From the human T2T-CHM13v2.0 reference genome, Homo sapiens, in assembly GCF_009914755.1 (NCBI RefSeq), contig NC_060939.1: a stretch of 64,000 nt of DNA; one strand, written 5' to 3'. Position numbers and translations under genes: made by a program. Shown here piece by piece: positions 10,931 through 24,579 of the stretch; within the stretch, counting starts at the first letter, position 1, and every line of letters starts with the position of its first letter. The notes below the pieces were generated by a model. That model was given only the letters and a program-made list of their open reading frames with translations. It was not told the DNA's origin and did no database searches.

Positions 10931-13900
10931 AATGAAAACTGGGAGTAAATAGCAGAGTTAATTATAGAGAGAACCAGGAGAGCCATTTGGTCTGTATTCA
11001 TCTTCGTGAAGAGCCTCAAATTTAGATTCTTGACGTTATCTTCTACTGAGGTTGTCTACTGTCATTAGAATTCATTGTTGGGATGGAACATTTAAAATAT
11101 GCTAAAAATGTTGTAACCTTGTTTTAATATGTCTTTAATTTTTAATACACTGAGAGCCTTGATAATGAAAAGGATCCAACAATGGGGAGGAAATCTCCCT
11201 CTGAGAAAACTATTACGTTGCTGTGCCTGGTTTGTGCTTAGCCTTCTTCTCAAGATAGAGAATGGCAGGACTAGAGAAGAGATGACAGCTAGAAAGTTTC
11301 CATAACTGGCACCAATTTAGGTTTTTGCAGTTGGGTGAAGAGAGTGTGCATCTCTTTACTTACAAGTTTTTGATGTTTGCAAGATGGGTGTTCATAGCTT
11401 TGGAATGCCTGAACTGTTATTAAATAATTCTCTCTTTACCTACTTACAATATAGATGAAGGTGCAGGATTTGAAATATTTAGTAAAAGGTATTATGCTTC
11501 TCTAAATTACTCTCAGTTTTCCTGACATAGAAGATTAACTTTGAGAAATGACCCAGGGTTAATTGTTTTTAAACTAAATTATTGAAAGTGGCTATTTTCT
11601 CTCATATTTATGTCTCTGGTACTCTACTTTTTAAGACCTTATGAAAAGCATTATAATTATCTGCAAAAAAATCATTTTGTGGTTGTTGATTATAAAAACT
11701 GAAATTTAATTTTTGCTTTTTAAACATATTGGATTAGCTATTGTTGAAAGGAAGTCTAGATATGTAGCAAAGTTAGTTAGGGGCTATTTATTTCCAGGTA
11801 ATCACAGCACAATCACCCTGATGAATAAAGTAAATAATAATACAGCAAATTTAAAGAGAGTTGAATTTTGAAGTTTTTAAAAAAGGATTCATTCATTAAA
11901 TGCAATCGGTTATTAGCCGTTTGCTAAATGATTAACATGTATAAACTTAATAATTATCTATCACTAACGAAGGGTCTGTATATCATATATCTACAAAAAT
12001 AAAAACACACCTTCAGGACAAAGTGGCATAATTGTAAGGCCAAACTTGATTAAAACAAAATGTCACAATTTAGTCTTGTATGAATTCAGACTGTAAATAA
12101 ATCTAAATTATTCCTTCTGAGTTCAGTTGTTCCTGACACGTAGAAAAACCAGGAAAATATATCTCTTTTCAGAAAGGAAACTTTTTTTTCTTTTAATGCA
12201 TGACTAGGTCTTTATCCATGTGGGAGAAAGCAATAAAAATGATAGCAGTATTACAGTATTAAGATGAAGAGAGAGGGTCTTCATATTTCTAAAGTTAGCC
12301 ATCTCATACAAGTCAAGGACACAGAAAAGCTCTTGTCTTTTGGAGTATTTGAGTCAATGTTTATATCCAATGCTCTGATCCTCCTGGTAGGGATGTCTTC
12401 TTTCCTCTTCCTCTGAATTGGACAGTCCCTAAACAGCTTGGGCACTGAGGGGACCAAGCAAAAGAAGGCACTGGTAGTATGCTAATTAGTGCGCTGAGAC
12501 CTGAGAGAATCTAAGCGTCTTTGAGAGAAGTCAGTTTACTCCCTTCTTATTGCGGGTTCAAGCTTATCATAGTTCTGGTAGTTGACACTGAAACGTGATT
12601 ATCTTATGCAGATACAAAGTTGTACACAACTACTTTTTGGCTGAAAGCATAAGGAACTTCAAGATCCTTATTTTAATATTTGAATTGGGATTTGTTCAAT
12701 ACTAATTATTAGCATGCTTTAGAAAGTTCAAACTGTTTTCCTCATCAGGTATCAGTTTCCTGACCTAGAATTCCTACAAGGAAGATGGCCTAGAACAGTC
12801 ATCTATGAGGAACATTCTGGTCCTCTTTTATGTTTAAATATGTTCTCTTCCTTAATGTTTTGATCTCACCAGACATTTTTTTTGCGGGGGCGGGGGTAAT
12901 GGTGAGGGAATTGTTCCTGTCAAGAATGCTGCCTTACTTCGCTTTTTTAATTTTTTTTATTTTTGCAGGATAGACTCATGGCTTCCTTGACAGGAACAAT
13001 GAAGTAATTGGTATTGTACCTCCCACTTAACTAATGTGTGACCCAAATTTTGTGGCATAAGTTTTCGATGAGTAGTTTCATTTTTTCTGCTCTTTTAAAA
13101 AATTGGGGTCAACATGACTTCTTGTTCAAGTGCGGAGAAAACAGAAAGGCCCAGTCTGCAGAACAATTCACAAAGAATCTTCTAATACAGTCCCTTTAAC
13201 TTTGCACTGAACTCAAATAAAAAAATCAGAGCTTCCAAAATGGTTGTAGGGAAGCAAGCAGTCTCCCGAGTGTAGTTGTAGGCATGTTCTAGTACTCACT
13301 TCTACCAGCGGGCCTCTCTCCTTTGACTTCTTTTCTCATATGACAGTGGTTAACTGAAAACTGACAAGAAGAATTTGGGGTTTTATGTTGAAAATTCTGT
13401 AAGTATATATTAAAGATCTATGCTTCATGGTGGGAAGGGATAGTTTACTTTTGGGTATTCAACTCACGAGGTATTCTAAACGTTAGGTTTCCCATAACAC
13501 AAAGGCAGAGGCTAACATGTGCCAAAAGTAGTGCCACGTTTAAAGAATTCTTCTCATGAGTAGCATATACTGGCCTCAGCTCATCTTTACATTAAAAAAA
13601 ATCTGCTAAGTATGGATTCTATATTCTAAAGACTAAGAATTATAAATAAAATCCGAACCATGGAAAACTGAACAACTTTCTAAGATGTTTACCAGAGACA
13701 TGTGCATTCAGATCTTTCCTCAAATTAGATCTCTGGCATTCCTTTCTTGCTTTCTAGCATTGCTCCAATGCCATATCTGTTTCATGGCTGGGAGGAAGCC
13801 AATTTCAAAGATCTATTGCACAAAGAACTATTTACTGAGACATATGGAATGTGTTCACTACAAAATAAACAGGAGTAACATGCCTTTAATATAGATTTTG

Positions 13901-14297
13901 ACAATAAGAAATGAGACTAATTTGTCTTTGCACCCTCATGCTCTAGAATACAGTGGCCATATCTTTGTTATTTATTATAGTGCAGCACCTTCCATGGTTT
14001 TGGAAGCACATAATTTTTCTAGCTTAGTCTCACACTTCACCTTTACATATGCCTTCGCACTGTTTTCCAAAAGATGAAAATCTATTACCTTATAAGTTTT
14101 TAAAATGAGAAGACCTTTTCATACTAATGCACGAGTTTCCTATGTTCTACCAATGGTGGCATTATTCTCTCTGCCTGCCAGATTGAAAACTTAGTCATTT
14201 TGACTCTTTTCTGTACGTCATAAAATTCTGGCAAGTTCTCTTGAGTCCCGCAAATATAGATCCCACTTTAGTACTTCCATCATTTTTCCTCCTGTAG

Positions 14298-14462
14298 GGC
14301 AGTCATTCTCAAACTTTAGTTTGCAGATAAGGACCTGGGAAACTCATGACATACAGATTCTTGGCCCCAGTCTTAGATTATTTAGTAGGTCTTAGGAAAG
14401 GCACAGGAAACTGAATTTTAATAAGTCACTTAAATATAATCTGTGGTCTAGATTTTGAAAAG
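14298..14462. mobile_element. MER5-type hAT-Charlie MITE
   Basis: cagtcattctcaaacttt start, atacagattcttggcccca and tttgaaaa end resemble MER5A/B. Confidence 0.6.
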
Positions 14463-14924
14463 TCTATTCTACAGTCTTCCTATCTCTGTTGTATCTTTCA
14501 AACTATTTCCAAACAAAGCATCCTACAGATTATATCATGCTTATTCACTAATTTATGCCTTCAACTATTTGTTGAACACCTTCTGTGTTTCAGTACTCTC
14601 CTATGTATTGGATTCATAACAGTGACCAAAACAAACATCCCTGATATCATAGAGTTTATAGTCTGTGTTTCCCCAGGTTTAGGAAGAGGCTTCTATAACT
14701 TATCAGATTTGATCCACGTTCTGAGTCTGATGTTAAGATTTTACTAACTTGTCTCTTACTATCTTTCAACAAGGATGTTCCTCTCTAGTCGGGTCATTTT
14801 CTCTTACTGTTTTTTAGCCTTTCTGTCTCCATACAAAGTCAATCTACCTCTGGTCTTTGGTCTTATTATTCTCCACAGAAATATTGTTCAGTATTGTGGA
14901 CAGGGAATAAAGTTGAGAAAGCAA

Positions 14925-16720
14925 GATTCATTTATTCAATTACATACATATTTATTGTGAGCCAAACACTATTCTAGATATAAGGAAATTCAGCAGCAAA
15001 CAAGACAGAAAACAACTATACAAAAAAAAAACTCCCAGAAATATCAGATAAATGCAATATAGGGTGTGACAGTGACAGTGACCCAGAAGCTACTTCATAT
15101 AGGGTAGTTAGGGAATACATTGAGGCTGAGAGCTGAATGACAAAGATAGTGGCTGTGCCAAGAATGGATGCTGGTGAGAATGTCAAGGAAGGGTAACCCT
15201 CATATGCTGTTGGTGAGAATATAATTTAGCACAGTCATTAGGGAGAACAGTAGGAAGCTAAAAATAGAACTATCATATGATCCAGCAACCCCACCTGTTG
15301 AAAGAAAGAAAATCCAAAAAGAAAGAAAATCACCATATCGAAAATATATCTGCACTCCCATTTTTATTACAGCACTATTCACAATAGCCAAGGTGGAATC
15401 AATCTAAGTGTCCATCAATGGATGAACAGACAAAGAAAATGGTGATATGGATATACAATGGAATATTATTCAGCCATGAAAAATAATGGAATTCTGTCAT
15501 TTACAACAATATGACTGGAACTAGAGGCCATTATGTTAAGTGAAATAAGCCAGGCACAGAAAAACGAATATTGCATGTTCTCACTCATGTGTGGGAGCTA
15601 AAAAAAAAAAAGTTGAACTAATGGAGACAGAGAATAGAATGGTGGTTACCAGAAGCTAAGAGAGTAGTAGGGACAGGGAGATAGAAAGGGGATCGCTAAT
15701 GGGTACAAAAATATAGTGAGATAAAAGGATGTAGTGTTTGGTACCAAAATAAGGCAACTATAGTTAACAATAATTTATTGTATCTTTCAAAATAACTAGA
15801 AGAGTGGAATTGGAATGTTCTTACACACACACACACACACACATACACACACACAGACAAATAAATGCTTGAGGTGATGGCTATCCCAATTACTCTGATC
15901 TGATTATTAGACATTGTATGATTGTATCAAAATATCACATGTATCCCATAAATATGTACAACTAATATGGATCCACAATAATAAAAGATAAAAATTGTAA
16001 TGTAAATGTAAATAAATGTAAAAAAGGAATTTGCATGTTTTCAATATTTTCTTCTAAAATATTTTAAATTATTTATTAAAATTAAAGGGCAAAATACAAA
16101 ATACATTTTAAAAAAATGGTGGCCATGCAAATTTCAGGGGAAGAGTATTATAGGCAGAAGGAATAGCTAGCACTAAGACTTTCAGATGAAAATGTTTGTA
16201 AGAAGAATATGAAGAAAGCCAGTATGGCTGGTGCACAGTGAGAGATGATAAGGCAGTAAAGGCTAGGATCAAAGAACTCCACGTAGGCCAGATGACACAG
16301 GGGCAAGAGTATGGATTTTATTCTAAGTGGAATAAAAGGTCACTGGAGGTTTTTAAGCAGGGGAGTGATGTGATCTGATTTATGTTTTAACAAAGCTCTT
16401 GTCTTTGGTTTCTGTGTGGAAACTATAGACAAGCAAGAAGAAACCAAATAGAAATTTCTGTGGCAGCCCAGCTGAATGACAACAGTGGTGTGGGTAGGTG
16501 GTAGTATGAATGGATTGAAATGGATAGACTAGGCAGATGTTATGGAAGCAGTGTCAAGGGGCTTGGTGATGGATGGGATGTAGTGGGTCAAAGAGAGGAC
16601 TCAAAGGTAATTCTGAAATTTTTCACTTGAGTAATTGACTGGGTGGTCATATCCTTCACTGATCTAGGGAAGACTGGAGAAGGTGCAGATTGGGGTGAGA
16701 GGGTAAAATCAAAAGTCTAA
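14925..16720 (-). mobile_element. L2 LINE fragment interrupted by L1MA
   Basis: attcatttattcaa start and purine-rich antisense L2 body on both sides of the L1 (14925-15160, 16115-16720). Confidence 0.7.
15163..15995 (+). mobile_element. L1MA-like LINE-1 3' end with internal (CA)n
   Basis: catatgatccagcaac; gcactattcacaatagccaag; atgttaagtgaaataagccaggcacagaaa; atatcacatgtatcccataaatatgtacaacta. Confidence 0.9.
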
Positions 16721-17999
16721 ATGGTGGGTGATGTGGCTGAATATATAGCTGCTGGAGTCAGACTGTAAAAGGCTTTCAAGAAGAAAAAAATAGTGGCGGC
16801 CCCTATTACTATTAAGATTATCTAACAGGATATCTGACAAAAATTATATATTGTAGCATTTTCAGAGCTTGAAATACTGGTTTATAAAAATGGGGAAATT
16901 TTACTCAGTTACGAGTTCTATTGCCAATGGGCAGTATCTCAAAAACAGGATGTCTGTAAAGAGGATCTTTGCTGTGACGAGGAAGAAAAACTGTTGCTTT
17001 TTGTGAGAAAATGTTTCCAGTTTACAATTAATTTTATTTTTTGGACTGAATTCCTTTTCCAATTCCACAAGCCTGATTAATAAGAACGCTCCATTTATAA
17101 TTTAGGAAATAGAGACAGGGAAAATCATCAGAGAGAATGCAAGTGATGAAGAAAATCAATGTGCTTACCTACTCTGTGTTCACTTATCCTTCATTTTCCA
17201 CTTCTTTTGTCTACATAAAAACTTGGGCACTGAAGCCAAGTGAACCATTGAAATGCGTATTTTTTTTCCTAAAGAAGCAAATTTTGGCTCACGTGTGTCA
17301 ATTTCAAAAGTAGCTGCTTCTTTCCTAGATGAGCCATTTTCTAAATAAGTGATTTTGTTTTTTTGTTTGGCAAGTTGAGTAATTTTGGCTTTGTCAATAG
17401 TTGGTATTATCATCAAATAAGAGGCAAATTATTCACTGTGAATGAATTAATATCTTGAAGAATCACAGTTACTTATACCCTGAGTGATAAGCTTGGGAAC
17501 TGTTAATCAGCGCACTGACAGAATTTGTCAATGAGATCAATGCATCACTGTTGGGGATCTTCCAGGAATGATGGAAGACAGGAAACTGCCAGAAGATTAG
17601 ATTCATTCATTTGCTTGCTCCTTCTTTCTTTTTCTTTCTTCTGCTTCTTCCCTTCCTCTTTCTCTTCCTTCCTTAACATATATTCATGATCTTTTCTGTG
17701 CTAAGTGTCAGGGATAACCTTAAGGAGACCATATACTGCAGTGTTAACAATCTAGTGGGAAAATAAATACATGAAGACATCAGACATCAATAGAGCACAG
17801 TGTACTAAGTACAATAATAAAGGTCTATAAAATGTTTTAAAGTGCAGATAAGACTCTAACTTGCCCTGTGGGGATTAGGAAGGGCCTCACTGAGATAAGG
17901 AAATACAAATTTGGTAAGTGGAGAAGGCAGTATTTTAGGCTGAAGAAAATATATGTGCAAAGCCATGCTCTTGTGAAAAAATATGATCACCACTACCAC

Positions 18000-18160
18000 A
18001 ACAACTGCAATACCATGTACTTACTTTACGTCAGGCACCATGTTAGGTACTTCTCATAAATGAATGTATTTAATCATTACAACCACTCTATAAGGTAGGT
18101 ATTATTCCCATTTTTTTTTATAAGAAACTGAGTCCCCAAATGGTTAAGAAACTTGTCCCA
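18000..18160 (-). mobile_element. MIR SINE within L2 remnants
   Basis: acaaccactctataaggtaggttattattcccatttt...gaaactgagtcccc core. Confidence 0.7.
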
Positions 18161-18780
18161 AAGAAAAACTTTAGGGGGTTGCTTAGGAAGTTGTGACCAC
18201 TTTGGTAGGTTGGTGTGTGAAGGGTATGGTGGAAAATGTCTAGAGATGAGGCTGGAAAGACCACCAGAAGTTTAAGAAATACTAAAGTACATTATTGGGT
18301 AGGGTTTAGGCTCACTCTTAAACAGGACACATTTTTCTATCTCTGTCTCCATCCACTCAGTTTTTGAATATCTGTTACATAAAGGACTTTAAGGAGGACA
18401 CAAAAATCCTACATAAAATGACAAAAATCCTACATAAAATGAATAAAAATGAGGGTGAAAGAAGAGAAAAGACAAGAAAATGTAATGGAGTTAGGAATAA
18501 GGCCAGCTGAGTAGACATAGTGAAACTCGGCAGACACTGGTGTTGTTTTACATCTTTCTGTGGAAGTTGAACCAAACCAGGAGAGAAGACCAACCTACCC
18601 ACTGAGTGAGCTGAAACTGCACCCACTGGAAAGGCCAGGATTTTCTGCAATAATGATTTCCGAAGTCATTTAATCAGATGAATAGTGAATAGATGCAAAA
18701 TAGAAGTCCTAACGTCTTATTTCTCATAGCACATTTGATATGATTTTAGCTTGAAAAAAATTATAAAGGCCAGGCCACTA

Positions 18781-19054
18781 GGTCAGGCACGGTGGCCCAT
18801 GCCTGTGATCCTAGCACTTTGGAAGGCCAAGGCGGGTGGATCGCTTGAGCCCAGGAGTTCGAGACCAGCCTGGCCAACATGGTGAAACCACGTCTCTACT
18901 AAAAATACAAAATTAGCTGGGTGTGGTGGTCCATGCCTGTAATCCCAGCTACTCAGGAGGCTGAGGTGGAGGTTGCAGTGAGCTGAGATCCCACCACTGC
19001 ACTCCAGCCTGGGTGACAGAATGAGACTCTGTCTCAACAAAAAAAAAAAAAAAA
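18781..19054 (+). mobile_element. AluS with right-arm internal deletion
   Basis: Alu dimer; ggaggctgagg is joined directly to tggaggttgcagtgagc. Confidence 0.95.
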
Positions 19055-19239
19055 GGAGATAAAACCAGATACCCACCTTAACCAAAACACAATCTTAATA
19101 AGGCACTCATGGAATGTCTATCTTTAATAATTCTACTGCTTGAATATCTGCCAAAATAACCTGTGGCATTTATACCAGTTTAACTAAATAAGCGAACTTG
19201 CTGGTTGGCTCATTATTTTTAAACCCATTAAAATATTCA

Positions 19240-19695
<456 letters not shown>

Positions 19696-22013
19696 TCAGC
19701 CAAATAGTCTCTATTATAAGGGATCTTAATTGAATATATCCAGACATACTTATAAGATTATTTAGAAGCCAGTTCAAAAGAAGAGAGGAATAGAGCCAGA
19801 ACACAAACTATGGAAAAGTTAACTGCTCTGTTAAAAGATCGTCTCAAGCAGTGCCAACTCTAGTGTCAGTAATCTGACTCTATTTTTGTATAAACATTAA
19901 TAGGGATAGTATGACCAGAGAGGTCTATATTGAGCTTGTTTCTTGGCCAATAACCAATTCCTGTGCACAGAAGCAGAAATTAATAGAAGCTGCACATAAT
20001 CTGAAAATGCTCCTGGTAGATATTTGCATGAAGTGGTAAAAAGTACCATAGTGTGGTGAGAGGCTGCAGCACGACAGCTAGCTCTAAAGGCCACCAATTC
20101 CTTATGAGAAAACTGTCCTGAGGAACAGAAACTAATAATTGGTCAGGCATGTGGGTTGTGTGTGATTCAAGTAAACTGTCAAGTGTCCTAGTAAGTCTAT
20201 GATTTGGGGGCACAGAAGGTGAGCCTCTCTGAAAATGGAATAAATGACAATCTACCAGGAGGTACTGTGCCCCGAGTCAGTAAAAGTTTACAACACGCCA
20301 TTAAAGAGGAGGGATCTCAATTCAGAAAAATCACTGAATAGCTCTGAGAGCAAAATGTCTTAACCAGGGACTTTATTGGTTTACGTTTTCAATCAGCTGA
20401 ACAGAATGAGGCCCTGACTGGTGGAAGTTGAGGCAGTTAGCTATGTCTTAAGGTGACGAGAACTGAGTCTCCCTACCTATCAGTGGGGTCCCCACAACTT
20501 TTCCCCCACTCATTTCATACCTATGTTAACCTTGTCTAGAATCCATGCTTATTGTCTAAGGAAACCTAATGGCATGTGACATGGCTCTGGCTCTATAGGT
20601 CTTTTTGGAACCAGGGTTTTTTTCTGAGATAATAAAATGTGTTAAATAAGCTTTAAATTTTATATGGCCATAGTCTCCCTCCTTTCAGGTTTTTTTTTTT
20701 TTTTTTTTTTTTTAGCTACTCAGCAAATCTGGTCAAACTAGGTATTAGAAAAGTGAAAAGTGGGACCTGCATTTGTTTTGAAATGTGTTTTAAATTTAAA
20801 TAAATTTTTTAAGTAAAATTGATGGTAAATTCTGCTGATCTGTGGAAAGGGATTAACTTTAGTTTCAAGTTCCAGAAGCAGAGATTCATCTGGTTCTCAG
20901 TGAATTGAAAGAGATTCAGTTGGCCATCAGTGAATGTAGAAAGCCACTCAGTCAGCTGTGCTACTTTGAGCTCCCCTCAAACTCCTAGTCCAGTTGTCTA
21001 TGCTCATAACTCACACATGTAGAGTTATATCTAGGATTAACCCAGGACAAAAGCACTCGCTCATCACCCATTTAAAATATCCTTTCTATGGATGATGAGA
21101 ATCCCAGAAAAATCTGTGGGGCTGGATTCTGGAGAAACATGGGTAACATTTCTAGATTTCCTCAATGTACTGTGATTCAATTTATCAGATAAATGAACAT
21201 GTTGAGGAGTTTTCTCTTGATTTGACAAATTTATCTCTAAGAGAACATTCCATAGTCATTCTATTGGAGACACAGTCTTCATTTTTCATGAATTTCAGGT
21301 TGCCACCAATGTTTAGAGGGACTATTCAGCTTCAGGGTGACATATGAGCTATTTCCAAATATTTTGTAGGCTGTTATGCAGATGTAGTACTACACTCATT
21401 CATCAAAGCCATATAGGTGGAATAACATCTTAACAGTCATAGAGCTATGCAAAGTTGAAATTACCTTAGAAGGCTTGACCCCTATTCCCCACTCCAAGAG
21501 AAGTTCAGTAAGAGTGTGGATATCATTTGGCAGGAAAGTCATGTGTAGAGAGTACTTGGATCACATGATATGGAGCTCTCTGAACATAAAAGTTCTAAGA
21601 ACAAGTGTTTAAAAAAATTGTTTTAAACCACTTTGTGGGGTTATCAGCTACATGATAACATCTGAGGAAGGACTTTTTGTTGGAGGCAAAATGTATGCTT
21701 ATGTTTCACACTTCTAAGTTTTAAAATTGTTGTATTATTTATCACTTTTCAGAGAGCTTACTATAAATAAATGTGAAAATTTCCTAAGATGTTGAATACT
21801 AATAAGGTCATAAATGAAGTTGGAATATTACATTTTTTCTTTTAGACATAACTCCTTGGGTTATATAGAACCCTAAATTTATTTATGTTTTACCTTTTTA
21901 TTTTGGAAGAGTTAAAATTTATAAAAGTTGATAGACTAGTACAAGGAACGCTTATCTACCTATCACCTAGCTTCAAGAATAATTAATTTCTAGGGCAGAA
22001 TTATTAATTTAAA

Positions 22014-22495
22014 AGGCAGAATAATGACCCCCAACAAAGATGTCCATGTCCTAAACCCTGGAACGTGTTACTATATTAGGTCACATGGCAAATAGGAATT
22101 AAGGTTGCTAATCAATTGGCCTTGGGATGGGGAGATTATCTTGATTGTCCAGGTCAGACCAATCTAATCACACGAGTCCTTATAAGTACAGGAGGGAGGC
22201 AGAAGAGAAAGACCAGAAGGATAGCAATGTGAGAAGGACTTGGCCTGATGTTGCTAGCTGAAGATGGAGGAATGGGACCCTGAGCCAAGGAATGTGGGTG
22301 GCTTTTAAGCTTGAAAAGGCAGGAATTTGGATTCTTGTCTAGAACCTCCTGGAGGCATGTAGGCCTGCCAGCCAACACCTTGATTTTAGCTTAGTGAGAC
22401 TCATTTCAGACTTCTGACCCATAGAATTATAATAAATTTTTGTTGTTTTAAGCTATTTAGTTTTCACAATTTTGTATAGCAGTCATAGAAACCAA
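22014..22495 (+). mobile_element. MLT1 (MLT1D-like) MaLR solo LTR
   Basis: aggcagaataatgaccccc...aaagatgtccatgtcctaa start; ttgattttagc; aataaatttttgttgttttaagc; tagcagtcatagaaac end. Confidence 0.85.
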
Positions 22496-23205
22496 ATTGC
22501 TAAAAAAGAAAAAAGAATGTCAAAGTACGAAGAAAATGAAATAATCCTTAAGGATATAGGTAGAAATTTCTTTGTGTATGTTTTCAAGTAAAACAAGTAT
22601 TTACAAACTTAGCAAAGAAAGAGAATGCTGTTATTTGTAGGGCTTTGAGTACAATAGAGATATAAGAGTGAATACCTATAAATGAGGTTTTAATATATGT
22701 TAACAAAAGTTAAATAGACATTTAAATTGCTGCTATTATTAATTTTATTAATTATTTAAATGATTTAAACTTATTATTCTGATCTTGTGGTACCATTTTT
22801 ATTAAACTACTTATCTCCATTTCTTAAATTACAAATTAGATAGTCTGGCTTATTTAAATGTCTATATTATGATTGCTCTTGATGACTTTTCTTCATATGC
22901 TATTTATCATCCAGTTTCAACCAAAAGGCAAATATTGGAGAGGGAAAATCATATTATTTTATAAAAGCTAGTGAAATTGTTTATACTTATTAAGATATGG
23001 TACTTTCAATAAAACCAATTAAAGTCTAGAATCATTTTTCAAAATCATTCTTTAAATTCCCATTTATATTTACAGGTTTTTTTTTTCTTGTCTTGATACA
23101 TAAAGTATTTAATTTGAGTTGAAAAATCAAGCAACCAATCACTCAACCAATGGAATGACTCACTTTGGAAACATATCCATAAGTGAAAACAAAAAATAAA
23201 ACGAA

Positions 23206-23484
23206 GGCCAGGTGCAGTGGCTCACACCTTCAGGAGATCGCTTGAGCCTAGGAGTTCAAGACCAGCCCTGGCAACATAGTAAGACACTCGTCTCTGCAAA
23301 ATATAAAAAAAAATTAGTGTGGCGGCACATGCCGTTAGTCCCAGCTACTAGAGAGGCTGAAGTGGGAGGATTGTGTGGGCCTCGGAGTTTGAGGCTGCAG
23401 TGAGTCATGATTATACCACTGCATGCCAGCCTTGGTGAAGAGAGCTAGATCCTGCCTAAAAAAAAAAAAAGAAACAAAAACAAA
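23206..23484 (+). mobile_element. AluJ with left-arm deletion
   Basis: AluJ diagnostics (gatcgcttgagcctagg, tttgaggctgcagtgag); the gtaatcccagcactttgggagg segment is missing. Confidence 0.93.
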
Positions 23485-24022
23485 GCAATTAAAATTTATA
23501 AGCAGTCATTTTTGAAAATCAATGCAAATGACTTGGATGGAATTTTTCATATTTATTTTTGAATCTTGATAGTGTTAAAACAAAGGGCAAAAGATCAATG
23601 ACTATATTACTGAAGTCACATATACTAATAGATCATTCATTTCTTTTATGTTTCAGGCCTTCCTCCTCTTAGATACCAGCTATATGATTCAGAATCTGGA
23701 GTGAAGTTTTATTAAATGTTATCATTCGAGGCAGATTCAACTATAGTGTTTGAAATGTGCAGATTATATTTCTTTGGAAAGTTGCAGGAAAAATGTTGTG
23801 GCAGCATATACGTGCCTTAGAAGTGTAATTTAAAAACACATATCAATAATATTGAGCATATGGCACAAACTTTAGCACACAGGCACACACTAAGTGACAA
23901 AATCTCAGGAATACATATAAGATTTGACATTCTACTTAATACACTTATTTTCAGAAACTTATTCCTTCCAGACACTATGAAAAACGAAAAGGTACAAAAG
24001 TGAGGATAGTCTCTAAAGGTAT

Positions 24023-24579
24023 TATGGTGGTTAATTTTACGTGTGATAGTTAATATTACGTATCAACTTGGCTAGGCTACAGTGCTCAGTTGTTTGGTCA
24101 AATACAAGTCTAGATGTTAATGTGACGTGTTGATTGTATCGATGCTTTTAGATATGATTAGCGATTATAATCAGTAGACTTTGAGTAGAGCAGATTACCC
24201 TCTATAATGTAAGAGGGCCTCACCCAATTAGTTGGCCTTCAGATTAAAGAATGACGTTTCCTGAGGAAGGAGCAACTCTGCCTTGAAACTGCAGCATGCC
24301 TTGCTTGAAACTCCAGCTCTGCCTTGAAACTGCAGCATGGAAACTCTGCCTGAGTTTCCCACCAGCTGGCCTGCACAGCAGATTTTAGACTCAAGACTGC
24401 AATATCAACTTTTACCTGAATTTCCAGCCTCTTGGCATTTCAGACTTTCTAGCCTCCAAAATCATATGAGCTGTCTGTCTGTCTGTCTCTCTCTCTCTCT
24501 GTATGTATGTATAAATATATTTATATCTCTATCTACATATCCCATTGGTTCTGTTTCTCAGGAGAACCCTGACTAATAA
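24023..24579 (+). mobile_element. MLT2 (ERVL) solo LTR
   Basis: tgatagttaat...tcaacttggctaggct start; gcagattaccctctataatgt; cccattggttctgtttctcaggagaaccctgactaata end. Confidence 0.88.
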
